Positions 1 to 9,755 of a stretch of DNA of 64,000 bases are shown here, one piece after another. A model generated the notes under the pieces. The model was not told the DNA's origin, searched no databases, and was given only the letters and a program-made list of their open reading frames with translations. This DNA is from an uncultured Dethiosulfovibrio sp. (GTDB taxonomy: Bacteria > Synergistota > Synergistia > Synergistales > Dethiosulfovibrionaceae), in NCBI GenBank assembly GCA_963667585.1, contig OY763420.1:1205528-1269527 (forward strand), read 5' to 3'. The stretch's first letter is position 1. The number at the start of each line of letters is the position of its first letter. The translations under genes and the position numbers were made by a program.

Positions 1-2
1 TC

Positions 3-764
3 TACGAGGGGCAGGTGGATATCCTGGTATGCACCACAATCATAGAGAGTGGCCTAGACGTCGGAAGGGCTAACACCCTCATAGTGGACGACTCCAGGAG
101 CCTGGGGCTAGCCCAAATGCACCAGCTCAGAGGGAGAATCGGCAGAAGGGAGGAAAGGGGATACGTCTTTTTTCTCTATCCCTCCAACCTGCCTCTGCCT
201 TACAGGACAGGAGAGAGACTGGACGCCATAGGACGTCTGTCCTATCAGGGAGCTGGTTACGATATAGCCAGACAGGATCTTCTCATTCGGGGAGCCGGTG
301 ATATGCTCGGGTTCTCCCAGCACGGTCACAGAGATAGAATTGGAACGGACCTATACTACAAAAAGCTCAGGGATAAAATAGACTCCCTTAAAGGGAGGGC
401 AAGGACGGAGGTCTCTATGGATATCCGAATTCCCCTCATGATACCTTCGGACTATATTCCCCAAAACACCGTAAGAATGGCGATGTACAGGCGAATGTTC
501 TCCGTCCAGTCCGTTCAGGACGCCCTGAACCTGAAAGGAGAGCTGGCCGATCGATTTGGCCCTCCTCCTGATGAGGCTTTATGTCTCATATACCTGGCCC
601 TTTTGAAGACGGAAGGGGGAAATCAGGGTATAATCCATGTCATGGTCGACGATAAAAAGACCTCTTGTCGTCTAATGGGAAAGGAAGATAGATGGATTGG
701 CCCGGGAGGGACTAAAGGTATAGCCCTTTTATTTCGGAGGATAAAGGAGTGGTGTGATGGATAG
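3..764 (+). CDS. mfd: Transcription-repair coupling factor, C-terminal part (5' truncated by window edge)
   Basis: Helicase motifs TTIIESGLD and QLRGRIGR, RGAGDMLGFSQHG, then the TRCF domain (IPSDYIP, YRRM, DRFG). The frame is open to the window start. Confidence 0.95.
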   Translation, partial: YEGQVDILVCTTIIESGLDVGRANTLIVDDSRSLGLAQMHQLRGRIGRREERGYVFFLYPSNLPLPYRTGERLDAIGRLSYQGAGYDIARQDLLIRGAGDMLGFSQHGHRDRIGTDLYYKKLRDKIDSLKGRARTEVSMDIRIPLMIPSDYIPQNTVRMAMYRRMFSVQSVQDALNLKGELADRFGPPPDEALCLIYLALLKTEGGNQGIIHVMVDDKKTSCRLMGKEDRWIGPGGTKGIALLFRRIKEWCDG

Positions 765-1566
765 TGGACTTCTTTTTTCAAAGCTAGAGGAAATAATGAC
801 TCGCCTCAGGGCCCCAGGAGGTTGTCCTTGGGACAGAAAACAGACCTATAGCAGCCTTCGCTCCAACATCATAGAGGAAGCCTACGAACTGGTAGAGGCC
901 ATAGACGAAGCTAACCTGGACGGTATGGCCGAAGAGGCCGGAGACCTACTGCTTCAGGTCGTCTTTATAGGGGTTATCGCCCAGGAAAGAGGGGACTTTG
1001 CCCTGTCCGACATAGTGGAATCCATATCCTCTAAGCTAATACGCCGCCACCCTCACGTTTTTGGAGATCTTTCCGTCAACGACAGCGACCAGGTTCTCAG
1101 AAACTGGGAACGGATAAAAACGGAGGAAAAGGAGAGCAAGGGAATATCAAAAGCGGTTCTCTCCGGGGTCCCGAAAGCCCTTCCTCCCCTCATAAAGGCC
1201 TTTCGGATTCAGCAAAAGGCGGCAGGAGTCGGTTTTGACTGGGCAAAGGGAGATCAGGAGCCTGTTTTTGATAAAATATCCGAGGAGATAGAGGAGGTCC
1301 GAGAGGCTATGGCCAGTGGAGATAAAGATGGCCTAGTCGGTGAGATAGGGGATCTGCTTTTTTCCGTCGTAAACCTCGCGAGAAGGATGGAGATCGATCC
1401 CCATCTGGCTCTGGAGAGGACTAATAACTCCTTTATGGAAAGGTTCGGTTTTATAGAGCGGTCCATCGAAGCTCAGGACAAGAGTTGGGATCAGATGTCT
1501 TTAGACGATCTGGACGGCCTTTGGGATGAAGCTAAAAAGCATAATGCGCACACAAAATCGGTATGA
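754..1566 (+). CDS. mazG: Nucleoside triphosphate pyrophosphohydrolase (tandem MazG)
   Basis: LRAPGGCPWDRKQT, IIEEAYELVEAI, EEAGDLLLQVVF, KLIRRHPHVF and a second EIGDLLF repeat. mfd-mazG adjacency is common. Confidence 0.95.
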   Translation: MMDSGLLFSKLEEIMTRLRAPGGCPWDRKQTYSSLRSNIIEEAYELVEAIDEANLDGMAEEAGDLLLQVVFIGVIAQERGDFALSDIVESISSKLIRRHPHVFGDLSVNDSDQVLRNWERIKTEEKESKGISKAVLSGVPKALPPLIKAFRIQQKAAGVGFDWAKGDQEPVFDKISEEIEEVREAMASGDKDGLVGEIGDLLFSVVNLARRMEIDPHLALERTNNSFMERFGFIERSIEAQDKSWDQMSLDDLDGLWDEAKKHNAHTKSV

Positions 1567-1573
1567 TATAGTG
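1566..1573 (+). promoter_or_regulatory. Possible extended -10 promoter (TGn-TATAGT) upstream of the carboxyltransferase gene
   Basis: atgaTATAGT overlaps the mazG stop. A GGAGG Shine-Dalgarno precedes the ATG at 1603. Motif match only. Confidence 0.4.
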
Positions 1574-1602
1574 TTATAAGCATTGAAGATGGAGGCGTAG
1601 TC

Positions 1603-3024
1603 ATGACTCAGGTAGTAAAGGCAAAAGCTGGCAAGGCTAAGGTAGGAATCACCGAGACCGCACTCAGGGATGCCCATCAGTCTCTCATAGCGACCAGGCT
1701 CAGAATAGAGGACATGTTGCCTGTCCTCGAGCGTATGGACGAGGTCGGATATCACTCTCTGGAGGTGTGGGGAGGGGCTACTTTCGATACCTGCATGAGG
1801 TTCTTGGACGAGGACCCATGGGAGCGTCTCAGGACGCTGAGAAAGCACGTCAAAAAGACCAAACTACAGATGCTCCTCAGAGGTCAGAACCTGGTGGGAT
1901 ACAGACACTACGCCGATGACGTGGTTAAGGAGTTCGTGAAGAGGGCTGTCGGCAACGGGATAGACATAATGAGGGTCTTCGATGCCCTAAACGACACCAG
2001 GAACCTGGAGGTCGCCGCGGAGCAGGTTAAAAAAGAGGGTGCCCATCTTCAGATGTGCATATCCTATACCCTCTCTCCCGTCCACACCAACCAGGTTTTC
2101 GTCGACCTAGCGGCCAAGATGAGGGATATGGGGGCTGACTCCATATGCATCAAGGATATGGCAGGACTTCTGAGCCCCGTCGACGCCGATACACTGGTAA
2201 GAGGCATAAAGAAGGAGACCGAGCTTCCCGTCCAGATCCATAGCCACTACACCAGTGGCCTTGCCTCGATGGCCTATTACGCCGCTATAGAGGCCGGTGC
2301 GGACGTGGTTGACTGCGCCATATCCCCTTTCTCCATGGGAACTAGTCAGCCAGCCACCGAATCGATGGTTGCGGCCTTAGCTAGAGGGAAGTACGATACG
2401 GGGATATCCCTGGAAAACCTGATCCCTATAGCGGACCACTTTAAGACTCTTCGCAAAAAATACGATAAGATATTTGTAGGTCTCAACGGCGCTGACACAA
2501 ACGTCCTCATATACCAGATACCAGGGGGAATGTACTCCAACTTAGTTAGCCAGCTTAGAGATCAGTCGGCGGAACACAGGCTTAACGAAGTCCTTAACGA
2601 GGTCCCTGTGGTCAGAAAAGCCATGGGCTATCCTCCCTTAGTCACCCCTACCAGCCAGATAGTCGGTACCCAGGCGACCTTAAACGTCCTGGTCGGTGAA
2701 AGGTGGAAGATGGTCTCCAAAGAGGTCAAAAATTACTTCAAAGGCTACTATGGCAAGGCACCGGCGGAGATGGATCCTGAAGTTCAGGCCAAGATCCTCG
2801 GTGACGAAAAGCCCATAACCTGTAGGCCTGCTGAGAAGCTGGAGCCTGAGCTGGAGAAGGCGGCCTCGGAGATAAGGGCTTGGATAACCCAGCCCGAGGA
2901 TGTCCTTACCTACGTTATGTTTCCCGCTATAGCTAAGGACTTTTTGATGAAGAGATACGCAAAGATAAATCTCAGGGATATAGGCCTCGACGATACCGTC
3001 GAAGAGGCGGCTTACCCTGTGTAG
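1603..3024 (+). CDS. Oxaloacetate decarboxylase alpha / pyruvate carboxylase B / transcarboxylase 5S-type carboxyltransferase, no biotin-carrier domain
   Basis: LRDAHQSL, WGGATFD, EDPWERL, MLLRGQN, CIKDMAG, HSHYTSG, QIPGGM, PPLVTPTSQIVG. It ends at 473 aa with no AMKM biotinylation motif. Confidence 0.9.
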   Translation: MTQVVKAKAGKAKVGITETALRDAHQSLIATRLRIEDMLPVLERMDEVGYHSLEVWGGATFDTCMRFLDEDPWERLRTLRKHVKKTKLQMLLRGQNLVGYRHYADDVVKEFVKRAVGNGIDIMRVFDALNDTRNLEVAAEQVKKEGAHLQMCISYTLSPVHTNQVFVDLAAKMRDMGADSICIKDMAGLLSPVDADTLVRGIKKETELPVQIHSHYTSGLASMAYYAAIEAGADVVDCAISPFSMGTSQPATESMVAALARGKYDTGISLENLIPIADHFKTLRKKYDKIFVGLNGADTNVLIYQIPGGMYSNLVSQLRDQSAEHRLNEVLNEVPVVRKAMGYPPLVTPTSQIVGTQATLNVLVGERWKMVSKEVKNYFKGYYGKAPAEMDPEVQAKILGDEKPITCRPAEKLEPELEKAASEIRAWITQPEDVLTYVMFPAIAKDFLMKRYAKINLRDIGLDDTVEEAAYPV

Positions 3025-3035
3025 GAGGTTTTTTC

Positions 3036-3269
3036 ATGAACGTTATGGATAGCATAAATCAGCTGGTGGAGTCCAGAATCAGGCCTGCGCTGCAAAGTCA
3101 CGGTGGAGATATAGCGGTGGTATCCTTCGATGAGGAGACTGGAGTCCTCTCCGCCTCCCTTCAAGGGGCCTGTGGGACGTGCCCTTTTGCTCAGGAGACC
3201 TTGAGGATGCAGGTAGAGGCTGTTCTAAAAGAGCAGATCCCTCAGGTAGTCTCAGTCGTCCGAGTTTAG
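3036..3269 (+). CDS. NifU/NfuA C-terminal-like domain protein (Fe-S carrier)
   Basis: IRPALQSHGGDI and GACGTCP (CxxC) are the NifU_C signature. SD ggagg upstream. Confidence 0.85.
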   Translation: MNVMDSINQLVESRIRPALQSHGGDIAVVSFDEETGVLSASLQGACGTCPFAQETLRMQVEAVLKEQIPQVVSVVRV

Positions 3270-3309
3270 TTTTTGGAGAGGAGCGACCTTCATTATCAAC
3301 GAAGTTTTA

Positions 3310-4287
3310 GTGGAATCAGTAAAGGACGGTTTTTCCTCCGTCATAGAGGTATCTCAGGAATCCATGTCCCGTATTGCTGGGGCTAAAGACGAAAACATCC
3401 AGTTGATAGAGGAGAGATATCCTGTCAGGATAACCGTCAGAGGCGGTATGGTGGCTGTTGCTGGCCCCGACAGAGAGCCGGTGGCTATAGTCTCCGATCT
3501 TCTCGGCCAGATGAGCAGGATCGCCGAAAAAGGGGATAAAATAAGGCCCTCGGAGGTCCGATACTGTATGGATATGATCGCCAACAAAGGGTCGGTGGAC
3601 ATGGAGAGCCTTTACGACGGTCTCCTGTGTATGACTGCCCGGGGAAAGCCAGTTAGGCCCAAGACAATAGGCCAGAGAGCCTATATAAAGGCTATAAGGG
3701 ACAACGATATAGTTTTTACCGTAGGCCCGGCGGGAACGGGAAAGACCTATCTTGCGGTATGTGAGGCGGTAAATATGCTAAAGGCTGGGGCTGTGAGCAG
3801 GATAGTCCTAGTTCGCCCAGCGGTTGAGGCAGGGGAGAGCCTCGGCTTTTTGCCAGGAGACCTCAAAGAAAAGGTAGAGCCATACCTTCGTCCTCTGTAC
3901 GATGCTTTCTTCGAGCTTCTCACTCCAGAGAGGTTTATGAGGTATGTCGATAAAAACGTCATAGAGGTGGCCCCTCTCGCCTACATGAGAGGGCGAACCT
4001 TGAACGACAGCTTTATCATATTGGATGAAGCCCAAAATACGACTCCAGAGCAGATGAAGATGTTTATCACTCGAATGGGTTTTGGCTCTAAAGCGGTTAT
4101 AACAGGGGACTTGACCCAGGTGGATCTCCCTGCAGGCAGAAAATCCGGACTTTTTGTGGTCCAGGATATCCTGAAGGGTATTAAGGGAATCGATTTTATA
4201 AGGCTGGAGAACGTAGACGTTGTGCGTCATGAGATCGTTCAAAGGGTTGTGGCAGCCTATGAAGAATACGAAAAAAGAACGCAATAA
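3310..4287 (+). CDS. phoH: PhoH-like ATPase (start uncertain, see findings)
   Basis: GPAGTGKTYLA, RPAVEAGESLGFLPG, PYLRPLYDA, APLAYMRGRT, DEAQN, GDLTQVDL, DVVRH. Confidence 0.95.
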   Translation: MESVKDGFSSVIEVSQESMSRIAGAKDENIQLIEERYPVRITVRGGMVAVAGPDREPVAIVSDLLGQMSRIAEKGDKIRPSEVRYCMDMIANKGSVDMESLYDGLLCMTARGKPVRPKTIGQRAYIKAIRDNDIVFTVGPAGTGKTYLAVCEAVNMLKAGAVSRIVLVRPAVEAGESLGFLPGDLKEKVEPYLRPLYDAFFELLTPERFMRYVDKNVIEVAPLAYMRGRTLNDSFIILDEAQNTTPEQMKMFITRMGFGSKAVITGDLTQVDLPAGRKSGLFVVQDILKGIKGIDFIRLENVDVVRHEIVQRVVAAYEEYEKRTQ

Positions 4288-6325
4288 GGATACAAAAAAA
4301 GATCGTCCCCGGCATATGTCGGGGACGATTGAAGAGTTGCTCAAGGTAGCCTATATCTCCCTTTCCGCTCTTTTAGTCGTGTGTTGTCTTTTTGTGGCCT
4401 TGAGGTGGACCACTATAGACATAAGGCGATCGTTTATACCTGGCTTTCCGGCCTACAGAACCTACTTTGCCATCTTTAACATGAAGTATGAGGATGAAGG
4501 GGGAGCCGAAAAGCTTCAAGAACTTGTGAGGGACGGAATAGCAGGGGTGATGGTTCGTCGAACGGGACAGGCAAGGGACGTGGAGGAAAGGCTTTCTCTG
4601 TTAGGTGAGGGTCGTTTAGATGAGGCTGGGATCTCTCCTAGTATCTCGGAGATAATACGAAACCTTCCGGAGGAAAGGTCTATGGCCCTTTTTGACGCTA
4701 TATCCTCCGTTGGACTTTCCCTACTTAGCTCCAGCCCTTATAGGGACTCTTTTTCCGGCGTCAACGAAGATCTTCTGTGGAATCGGCTTTCCCCTTACGA
4801 CCTTCCTCCAGGGGACGAAAATATAGCTGTTCAGATCATGTCGGATATAATGGTACCTCTCGTTGAAGCTGACGATGGGATGACCGGCCGACTGAGATCT
4901 ATCGTCGCTGAGGCCATAGGCGGTGTCCCAAGGGAGCTGAACACCGGGGATATTATAGTGACAAAGGGGAGCATAATCACACCTCAGATCGCCGATTTGC
5001 TGAGAAAGCAGGGATATCCTCAGGGCAATTTCCCTATAAGATCGATGATGGTGATCTTTCTCCTGGTTCCTCCGGTGTTTTTATGGGCCAGGCGAAACGT
5101 TATATTAGGTTGGGATTCCAGAAAATCCGGGTATCTGGCTTTTCTTTTCTTTATAGGTATTATGACCTCCTATCTGTCGTCCCTAAAGGATCTGACGTCC
5201 CTCGGAGTGGTATCCATGGCCGGTATGGCTTACGTGACCTTGCCTCTCAGAAGGGCTAGGAACTCGGTTATGGCTGGAACGGTTATAGTTTCACTGGTAT
5301 TCGGTGGATTAGGTCCTTTGGCTTTAGGGGAGTTAATGTCGGTAGGTGTTATGGCATCTGCCCTTGGAGATCTCCTTTTTAAGAAAACTGACTCTAGATC
5401 TCGGTTATGGCTGGGAATGGTCCAGATGGGGTTGATCCTCGGCGGAGTATCTTTAATCGTGCGATGGTTTTTCTCCGGAGACGCAGGGATATTTCTAACC
5501 GCTCAGACTTTTTTGGGGGCTATACTAATAGGTTCGGTGACCATGTTGCTTCTCCCTGTAGCTGAGGTCTTGTTCGATATCCTCTCTCCTCTGAGGTTGC
5601 TTGAGCTTTGTCAGCCCGACCACCCCCTTCAGAAGCGACTTCAGATCGAGGCACCTGGTACCTATCATCACTCTCAGATGGTATCCATCTTGGCTGAGGG
5701 AGCTGCCGACGAATTAGGGCTCAATTCCCGATTGGTCAAAGCGGGAGGTTTCTTTCACGATATAGGTAAGCTGAAAAGGCCTCATTTTTTTATTGAAAAT
5801 CAGTTCGGAGCAAAGAACGCTCACGATGATCTATCCCCTGTTATGTCTTCTCTGGTGATTATATCTCACGTCAGGGATGGACTGGATCTAGCTCAGGAAT
5901 ACAGGTTACCGGAGCGTATTTCCCATTTTATAGCGGAACATCACGGGACTACCTTTATGGGATATTTTTACAAAAAGGCGAAAAAAGAGGGTCTTGATCC
6001 CTCGGAGAGCCAGTTTACCTATCCTGGTCCTAGGCCTAGAAGCAGGGAGACCGGCCTTGTTATGTTGGCCGATTCGATAGAGGCTGCGGTCAGAGCGGAG
6101 AGGGAGAACATAAAAAGCGTGATCGATCTCCAGCAGATAGTGAACTCGGTGACCGCCTCCAAGGTAAATGCGGGGCAGCTTGACGATACAGGTTTTACGT
6201 TAAGGGATCTGGCGGTTATAAGGTCTGCGATGATACAAAACCTGAAATCTATGTATCATACTAGAAACATAGCTCCTATAGGAGACAATAACACGGCTAA
6301 GTCCGGAAAGGAAGGAAATAGATGA
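4259..6325 (+). CDS. 7TM-HD family phosphohydrolase, PgpH-like cyclic-di-AMP phosphodiesterase (start could be 4220, 4259 or 4316)
   Basis: N-terminal TM, extracellular region, several hydrophobic helices, then HD-domain motifs APGTYHHS, FHDIGK, IISHVRDG, EHHGT, MLADSIEA. The phoH-pgpH-ybeY order is established in Firmicutes. Confidence 0.85.
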   Translation: MKNTKKERNKDTKKDRPRHMSGTIEELLKVAYISLSALLVVCCLFVALRWTTIDIRRSFIPGFPAYRTYFAIFNMKYEDEGGAEKLQELVRDGIAGVMVRRTGQARDVEERLSLLGEGRLDEAGISPSISEIIRNLPEERSMALFDAISSVGLSLLSSSPYRDSFSGVNEDLLWNRLSPYDLPPGDENIAVQIMSDIMVPLVEADDGMTGRLRSIVAEAIGGVPRELNTGDIIVTKGSIITPQIADLLRKQGYPQGNFPIRSMMVIFLLVPPVFLWARRNVILGWDSRKSGYLAFLFFIGIMTSYLSSLKDLTSLGVVSMAGMAYVTLPLRRARNSVMAGTVIVSLVFGGLGPLALGELMSVGVMASALGDLLFKKTDSRSRLWLGMVQMGLILGGVSLIVRWFFSGDAGIFLTAQTFLGAILIGSVTMLLLPVAEVLFDILSPLRLLELCQPDHPLQKRLQIEAPGTYHHSQMVSILAEGAADELGLNSRLVKAGGFFHDIGKLKRPHFFIENQFGAKNAHDDLSPVMSSLVIISHVRDGLDLAQEYRLPERISHFIAEHHGTTFMGYFYKKAKKEGLDPSESQFTYPGPRPRSRETGLVMLADSIEAAVRAERENIKSVIDLQQIVNSVTASKVNAGQLDDTGFTLRDLAVIRSAMIQNLKSMYHTRNIAPIGDNNTAKSGKEGNR

Positions 6326-6837
6326 AACTGGAGATCGCTATATCCAGTGACGAAGGTGAACCTCGACCGTCTTTTGTGCTAAACGAGGATGTATTGGTCC
6401 CATGGGTGTCCGTAATGTTGGACGAGGTGTGGCCCAATTGGAAGGAAAGAAGCTCGGTGTCGGTTTCCGTCGCGGCTATAGGGGAGGATGAGATGAAAGA
6501 TCTCAACAGAACCTATCGCAACTGTGACGCTCCTACCGATGTACTTTCCTTCCCTAACTGGGAGGAGGATGGACGGTTTTCTCCTCCTGACTGGTCCGAT
6601 GTACCTCTAGGGGATGTCGTCGTATGCCCATCGGTGGTAGAGAGAAACGCCTACGAACATGGCGTATCCTTTGATTCTGAAATGGCCCTTATGGTTTTCC
6701 ACAGTGTCCTTCATCTGGTTGGATACGACCACGATAGAGAGGACAGGGAGAGGGAGATGTGGTCAATTCAGGAGCGTTTCAGGGATCTCCTTTTGGCGAA
6801 TTTGAAGCCAGCTCTCCCTACAGGACAGGAGGGTTGA
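6322..6837 (+). CDS. ybeY: rRNA maturation endoribonuclease YbeY
   Basis: LNRTYR, PTDVLSF, LGDVVVC, HSVLHLVGYDH (H-x3-H-x5-H metal motif). Confidence 0.95.
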   Translation: MKLEIAISSDEGEPRPSFVLNEDVLVPWVSVMLDEVWPNWKERSSVSVSVAAIGEDEMKDLNRTYRNCDAPTDVLSFPNWEEDGRFSPPDWSDVPLGDVVVCPSVVERNAYEHGVSFDSEMALMVFHSVLHLVGYDHDREDREREMWSIQERFRDLLLANLKPALPTGQEG

Positions 6838-6844
6838 TCCGGTT

Positions 6845-8119
6845 TTGAGTACTGTTATGGACAATCTGTTGCTGGTGATAGCTCTTTTGGTCGTTTCCGC
6901 CCTTTTTAGCGGCAGTGAAACCGCTATAACCGCCAGTAGCAGGGCAAAGTTAATGTCTTTGAGCGATCAGAATACCTCATTCCGGAGCGTCTTGACTTGG
7001 TTGCTCAAAGATCGTCAAAAAGCTTTGACCACTATCCTGATAGCCAATAACCTGGTCAATATAGCGGCGAGTTCCCTGGCTACCACCTTGGCGATGGTGG
7101 TGTTCGATCGCCATGGTGTATTTCTCGCTGTCACGGTCATGACCTTGCTTATAGTGATCTTCGGTGAAATTCTCCCAAAGAGTTTTGCTCTTGTGAGAAG
7201 CGAAAAAACCCTTTTTATAACCCTGCACATGATAAGGACAGTTAACTTCCTTCTGACTCCATTTGTATGGATTATCGGAGGGATTGTCTCGTTTATCGGT
7301 CGTATTTCCCACGTTGACCTGTCTCTCCAGTCCTCTTTTGTAACTAGAGAGGAGATCGAACAGGTGGTGACCATCGGTGAGGCCTCTGGAGCTTTAGAGG
7401 AGGCGGAGCGTCGTATGATCCACGGGATAATCTCCTTTGAGGACACCAGGGTGTCGGAAGTTATGGTCCCTAGGATAGATATGAACGTCGTCGACAGCGA
7501 GACTACCGTAGGTGAACTAGAGCCTATTCTAGACGATTATGGACACTCCCGTATTCCTATTTATCAGGATAGCCTTGATAACATCGTAGGCATACTTTAC
7601 ATAAAAGATCTGATAGGTCGCCTTTACTCCAGAGATACGGACGTGAAGGTCTTTGACCTCAAAAGGGACGCTCTTTTTGTTCCGGAGACCATGAAGGTGC
7701 CCGACCTTTTCAACATAATGAAAAGCAGAAGGGTCCATATGGCCATAGTGGTGGACGAGTATGGTGGGACTGCAGGGATCATAACCCTTGAGGACCTTCT
7801 GGAGGAAATAGTCGGAGAAATTCAGGATGAATACGATCACGAGCTTCCTTTGATAGAAAAAGTAGATGAGAATACGTACAGGGTTCAGGGAAATATGGAC
7901 TTGGAGGATCTCAGCGAGGCTCTTAAATTTCCCTTTGAGTCGGCGGATGTAGAGTCTGTTGGGGGGTTTGTGACGGACCTGTCGGGAGATTTTCCCGTCG
8001 CTGGAAGCGTGTTGACCTACGGCCAATGGGAGTTTACCGTTTTAGATGTGACGGATCACAGAGTTGTCGAGATTGAGCTTAGAAAAATAACCGGAGAAGG
8101 GGAATTTTGTGATGATTGA
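6845..8119 (+). CDS. Hemolysin/CNNM family protein (DUF21 + CBS pair + CorC_HlyC)
   Basis: SALFSGSETA, ILIANNLVNI, IFGEILPKS, VMVPR, SRIPIY, VVDEYGGTAGIITLEDLLEEIVGEIQDEYD. Confidence 0.92.
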   Translation: MSTVMDNLLLVIALLVVSALFSGSETAITASSRAKLMSLSDQNTSFRSVLTWLLKDRQKALTTILIANNLVNIAASSLATTLAMVVFDRHGVFLAVTVMTLLIVIFGEILPKSFALVRSEKTLFITLHMIRTVNFLLTPFVWIIGGIVSFIGRISHVDLSLQSSFVTREEIEQVVTIGEASGALEEAERRMIHGIISFEDTRVSEVMVPRIDMNVVDSETTVGELEPILDDYGHSRIPIYQDSLDNIVGILYIKDLIGRLYSRDTDVKVFDLKRDALFVPETMKVPDLFNIMKSRRVHMAIVVDEYGGTAGIITLEDLLEEIVGEIQDEYDHELPLIEKVDENTYRVQGNMDLEDLSEALKFPFESADVESVGGFVTDLSGDFPVAGSVLTYGQWEFTVLDVTDHRVVEIELRKITGEGEFCDD

Positions 8120-9038
8120 CGACGTCGGCCTTGAGTATAGATCAGGAGTAGTCGCGGTAGTTGGAAGGCCTAACGTCGGCAAATCCTCTCTCATAAACGC
8201 ACTTTTAAGGTGTAAGGCAACTATCGTATCTCCCAAACCTCAGACCACCAGGGACAGGATTAGGTGTATTCTGGAGACCGATAGTGGTCAGATAGTGTTC
8301 ACCGATACACCGGGTATCCACAGGCCTCAGCATAGGCTAGGAGAGGCTATAGTCGAAAGCGCCTTGGAGGCTATGGACGAATCGGACTTGGTTATATACG
8401 TCATATGTGCTGACGACGACGGTATAACCGGTCAGGATCGCCACATAATTGAAATGCTGAAAAAAATAACCACTCCTGTGCTTTTGCTGGTCAACAAAGT
8501 GGACCTCCTCGGATCAAAGAGGGCCAAACTTCTCCCTCTGATAGAATCCTATCGAAAGGCACTGAATCCATCGGAAGTTCTGCCTGTCTCCGCAAAAGAG
8601 GGATCTAACCTGGAGGAACTTGTCGATATACTGGTGTCCCGCTTACCTGAGGGACCCCCTCTGTATATGGACGATATCCTCGTTGACCGTTCATCCCGCT
8701 TTCTAGCGGCGGAGATCATCAGGGAGCAGGTCCTATACCGGGCGGATCAGGAAGTACCTCACAGCGTAGCGGTAGAGGTCGTCGAATTTAAGTCACCGGA
8801 GGAATATCCTGAAAGAGAGGATACCTATATAAGTGCGGTTATACTGGTTGAGAGAAAAGGCCAGAAACTTATCCTTCTGGGAGCTAAGGGAGAAAAAATC
8901 AAGGAAATAGGAACCGGTGCTAGAAAGGCTCTGGAGGAGTTTATCGGAGGTAAAGTGTATCTTGATCTGTGGATCAAGATCAGAAAGGACTGGCGTAACT
9001 CGGATTCCGAGCTTCGCCGTCTGGGATATAAAGGGTGA
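8109..9038 (+). CDS. era: GTPase Era
   Basis: GRPNVGKSSL, PQTTR, DTPG, NKVD, C-terminal KH domain (EIIREQ, EVPHSV, KEIG, LDLWIK). Confidence 0.97.
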   Translation: MMIDDVGLEYRSGVVAVVGRPNVGKSSLINALLRCKATIVSPKPQTTRDRIRCILETDSGQIVFTDTPGIHRPQHRLGEAIVESALEAMDESDLVIYVICADDDGITGQDRHIIEMLKKITTPVLLLVNKVDLLGSKRAKLLPLIESYRKALNPSEVLPVSAKEGSNLEELVDILVSRLPEGPPLYMDDILVDRSSRFLAAEIIREQVLYRADQEVPHSVAVEVVEFKSPEEYPEREDTYISAVILVERKGQKLILLGAKGEKIKEIGTGARKALEEFIGGKVYLDLWIKIRKDWRNSDSELRRLGYKG

Positions 9039-9730
9039 GCGATCAGAGGCAAGGTTTTCATAAAGGGACCGGTGTCATCCTCAAAAGGGATATATCGCCG
9101 GAAGGCAACATTAACCTCCTGTGCCTGCTGAGGGAGAAAGGCCCTATATGGATATCCCTTCCTGGAGGGGCCAAAGGCAAGGTCCGACTGGGGGGGAGCA
9201 CCGAGCCTATGGTATGGGGTGAGTTTTCCCTTCATAGAAGCAGGTCCAGGGACTATCTCAAAGAGGTAGAGGTAAAACAGGACTTCTGGAAGTTAAGATC
9301 TATGCCCGAGGCCCTAATGACCTCCTTCCGCTGGCTTCGTCTATTGGGAGATATCCTACTGTGGAAGCAGCCGGTGGACGATGTCCTTCCGGTTCTCTAC
9401 TGGTCAATGGAGCTTCTGGAGTCAGGGAGTGACCCGATGGGGATCGATCTCCGTTTTACCTGGAGGCTCCTTAAAGCCCTTGGAATCGCCCCTTCCATGA
9501 AAAACTGTGACGATTGTGGAGCGGATATATCCTTTGGAGTATGGAGAGACAACGGTTTTGTCTGCGCTAACTGCGGAAATGGGGATAAAAAGCTGGACCT
9601 TTCCGTACCTGTCCTGTGGATATTCAGCTCCCAGAGTGCTATCAGAGGAAAGAAGCTGCCCTTAGAGGCCAGAGAGCCTGTCCTATCGGCTAAATCTCTT
9701 TTGATTAGGAATTTTAAACTGCTTTCCTAG
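9035..9730 (+). CDS. recO: DNA repair protein RecO
   Basis: Lies between era and glyQ. Has an N-terminal OB-fold-like region and a CDDC...CANC zinc finger. Otherwise divergent. Confidence 0.8.
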   Translation: MSDQRQGFHKGTGVILKRDISPEGNINLLCLLREKGPIWISLPGGAKGKVRLGGSTEPMVWGEFSLHRSRSRDYLKEVEVKQDFWKLRSMPEALMTSFRWLRLLGDILLWKQPVDDVLPVLYWSMELLESGSDPMGIDLRFTWRLLKALGIAPSMKNCDDCGADISFGVWRDNGFVCANCGNGDKKLDLSVPVLWIFSSQSAIRGKKLPLEAREPVLSAKSLLIRNFKLLS

Positions 9731-9755
9731 AAATATATAATATTAATATAAGGAT

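Noticed and set aside
9731-9755. T-box leaders before glyQ or alaS
   Set aside because: The gaps are only about 25 and 11 nt and contain no T-box motif.
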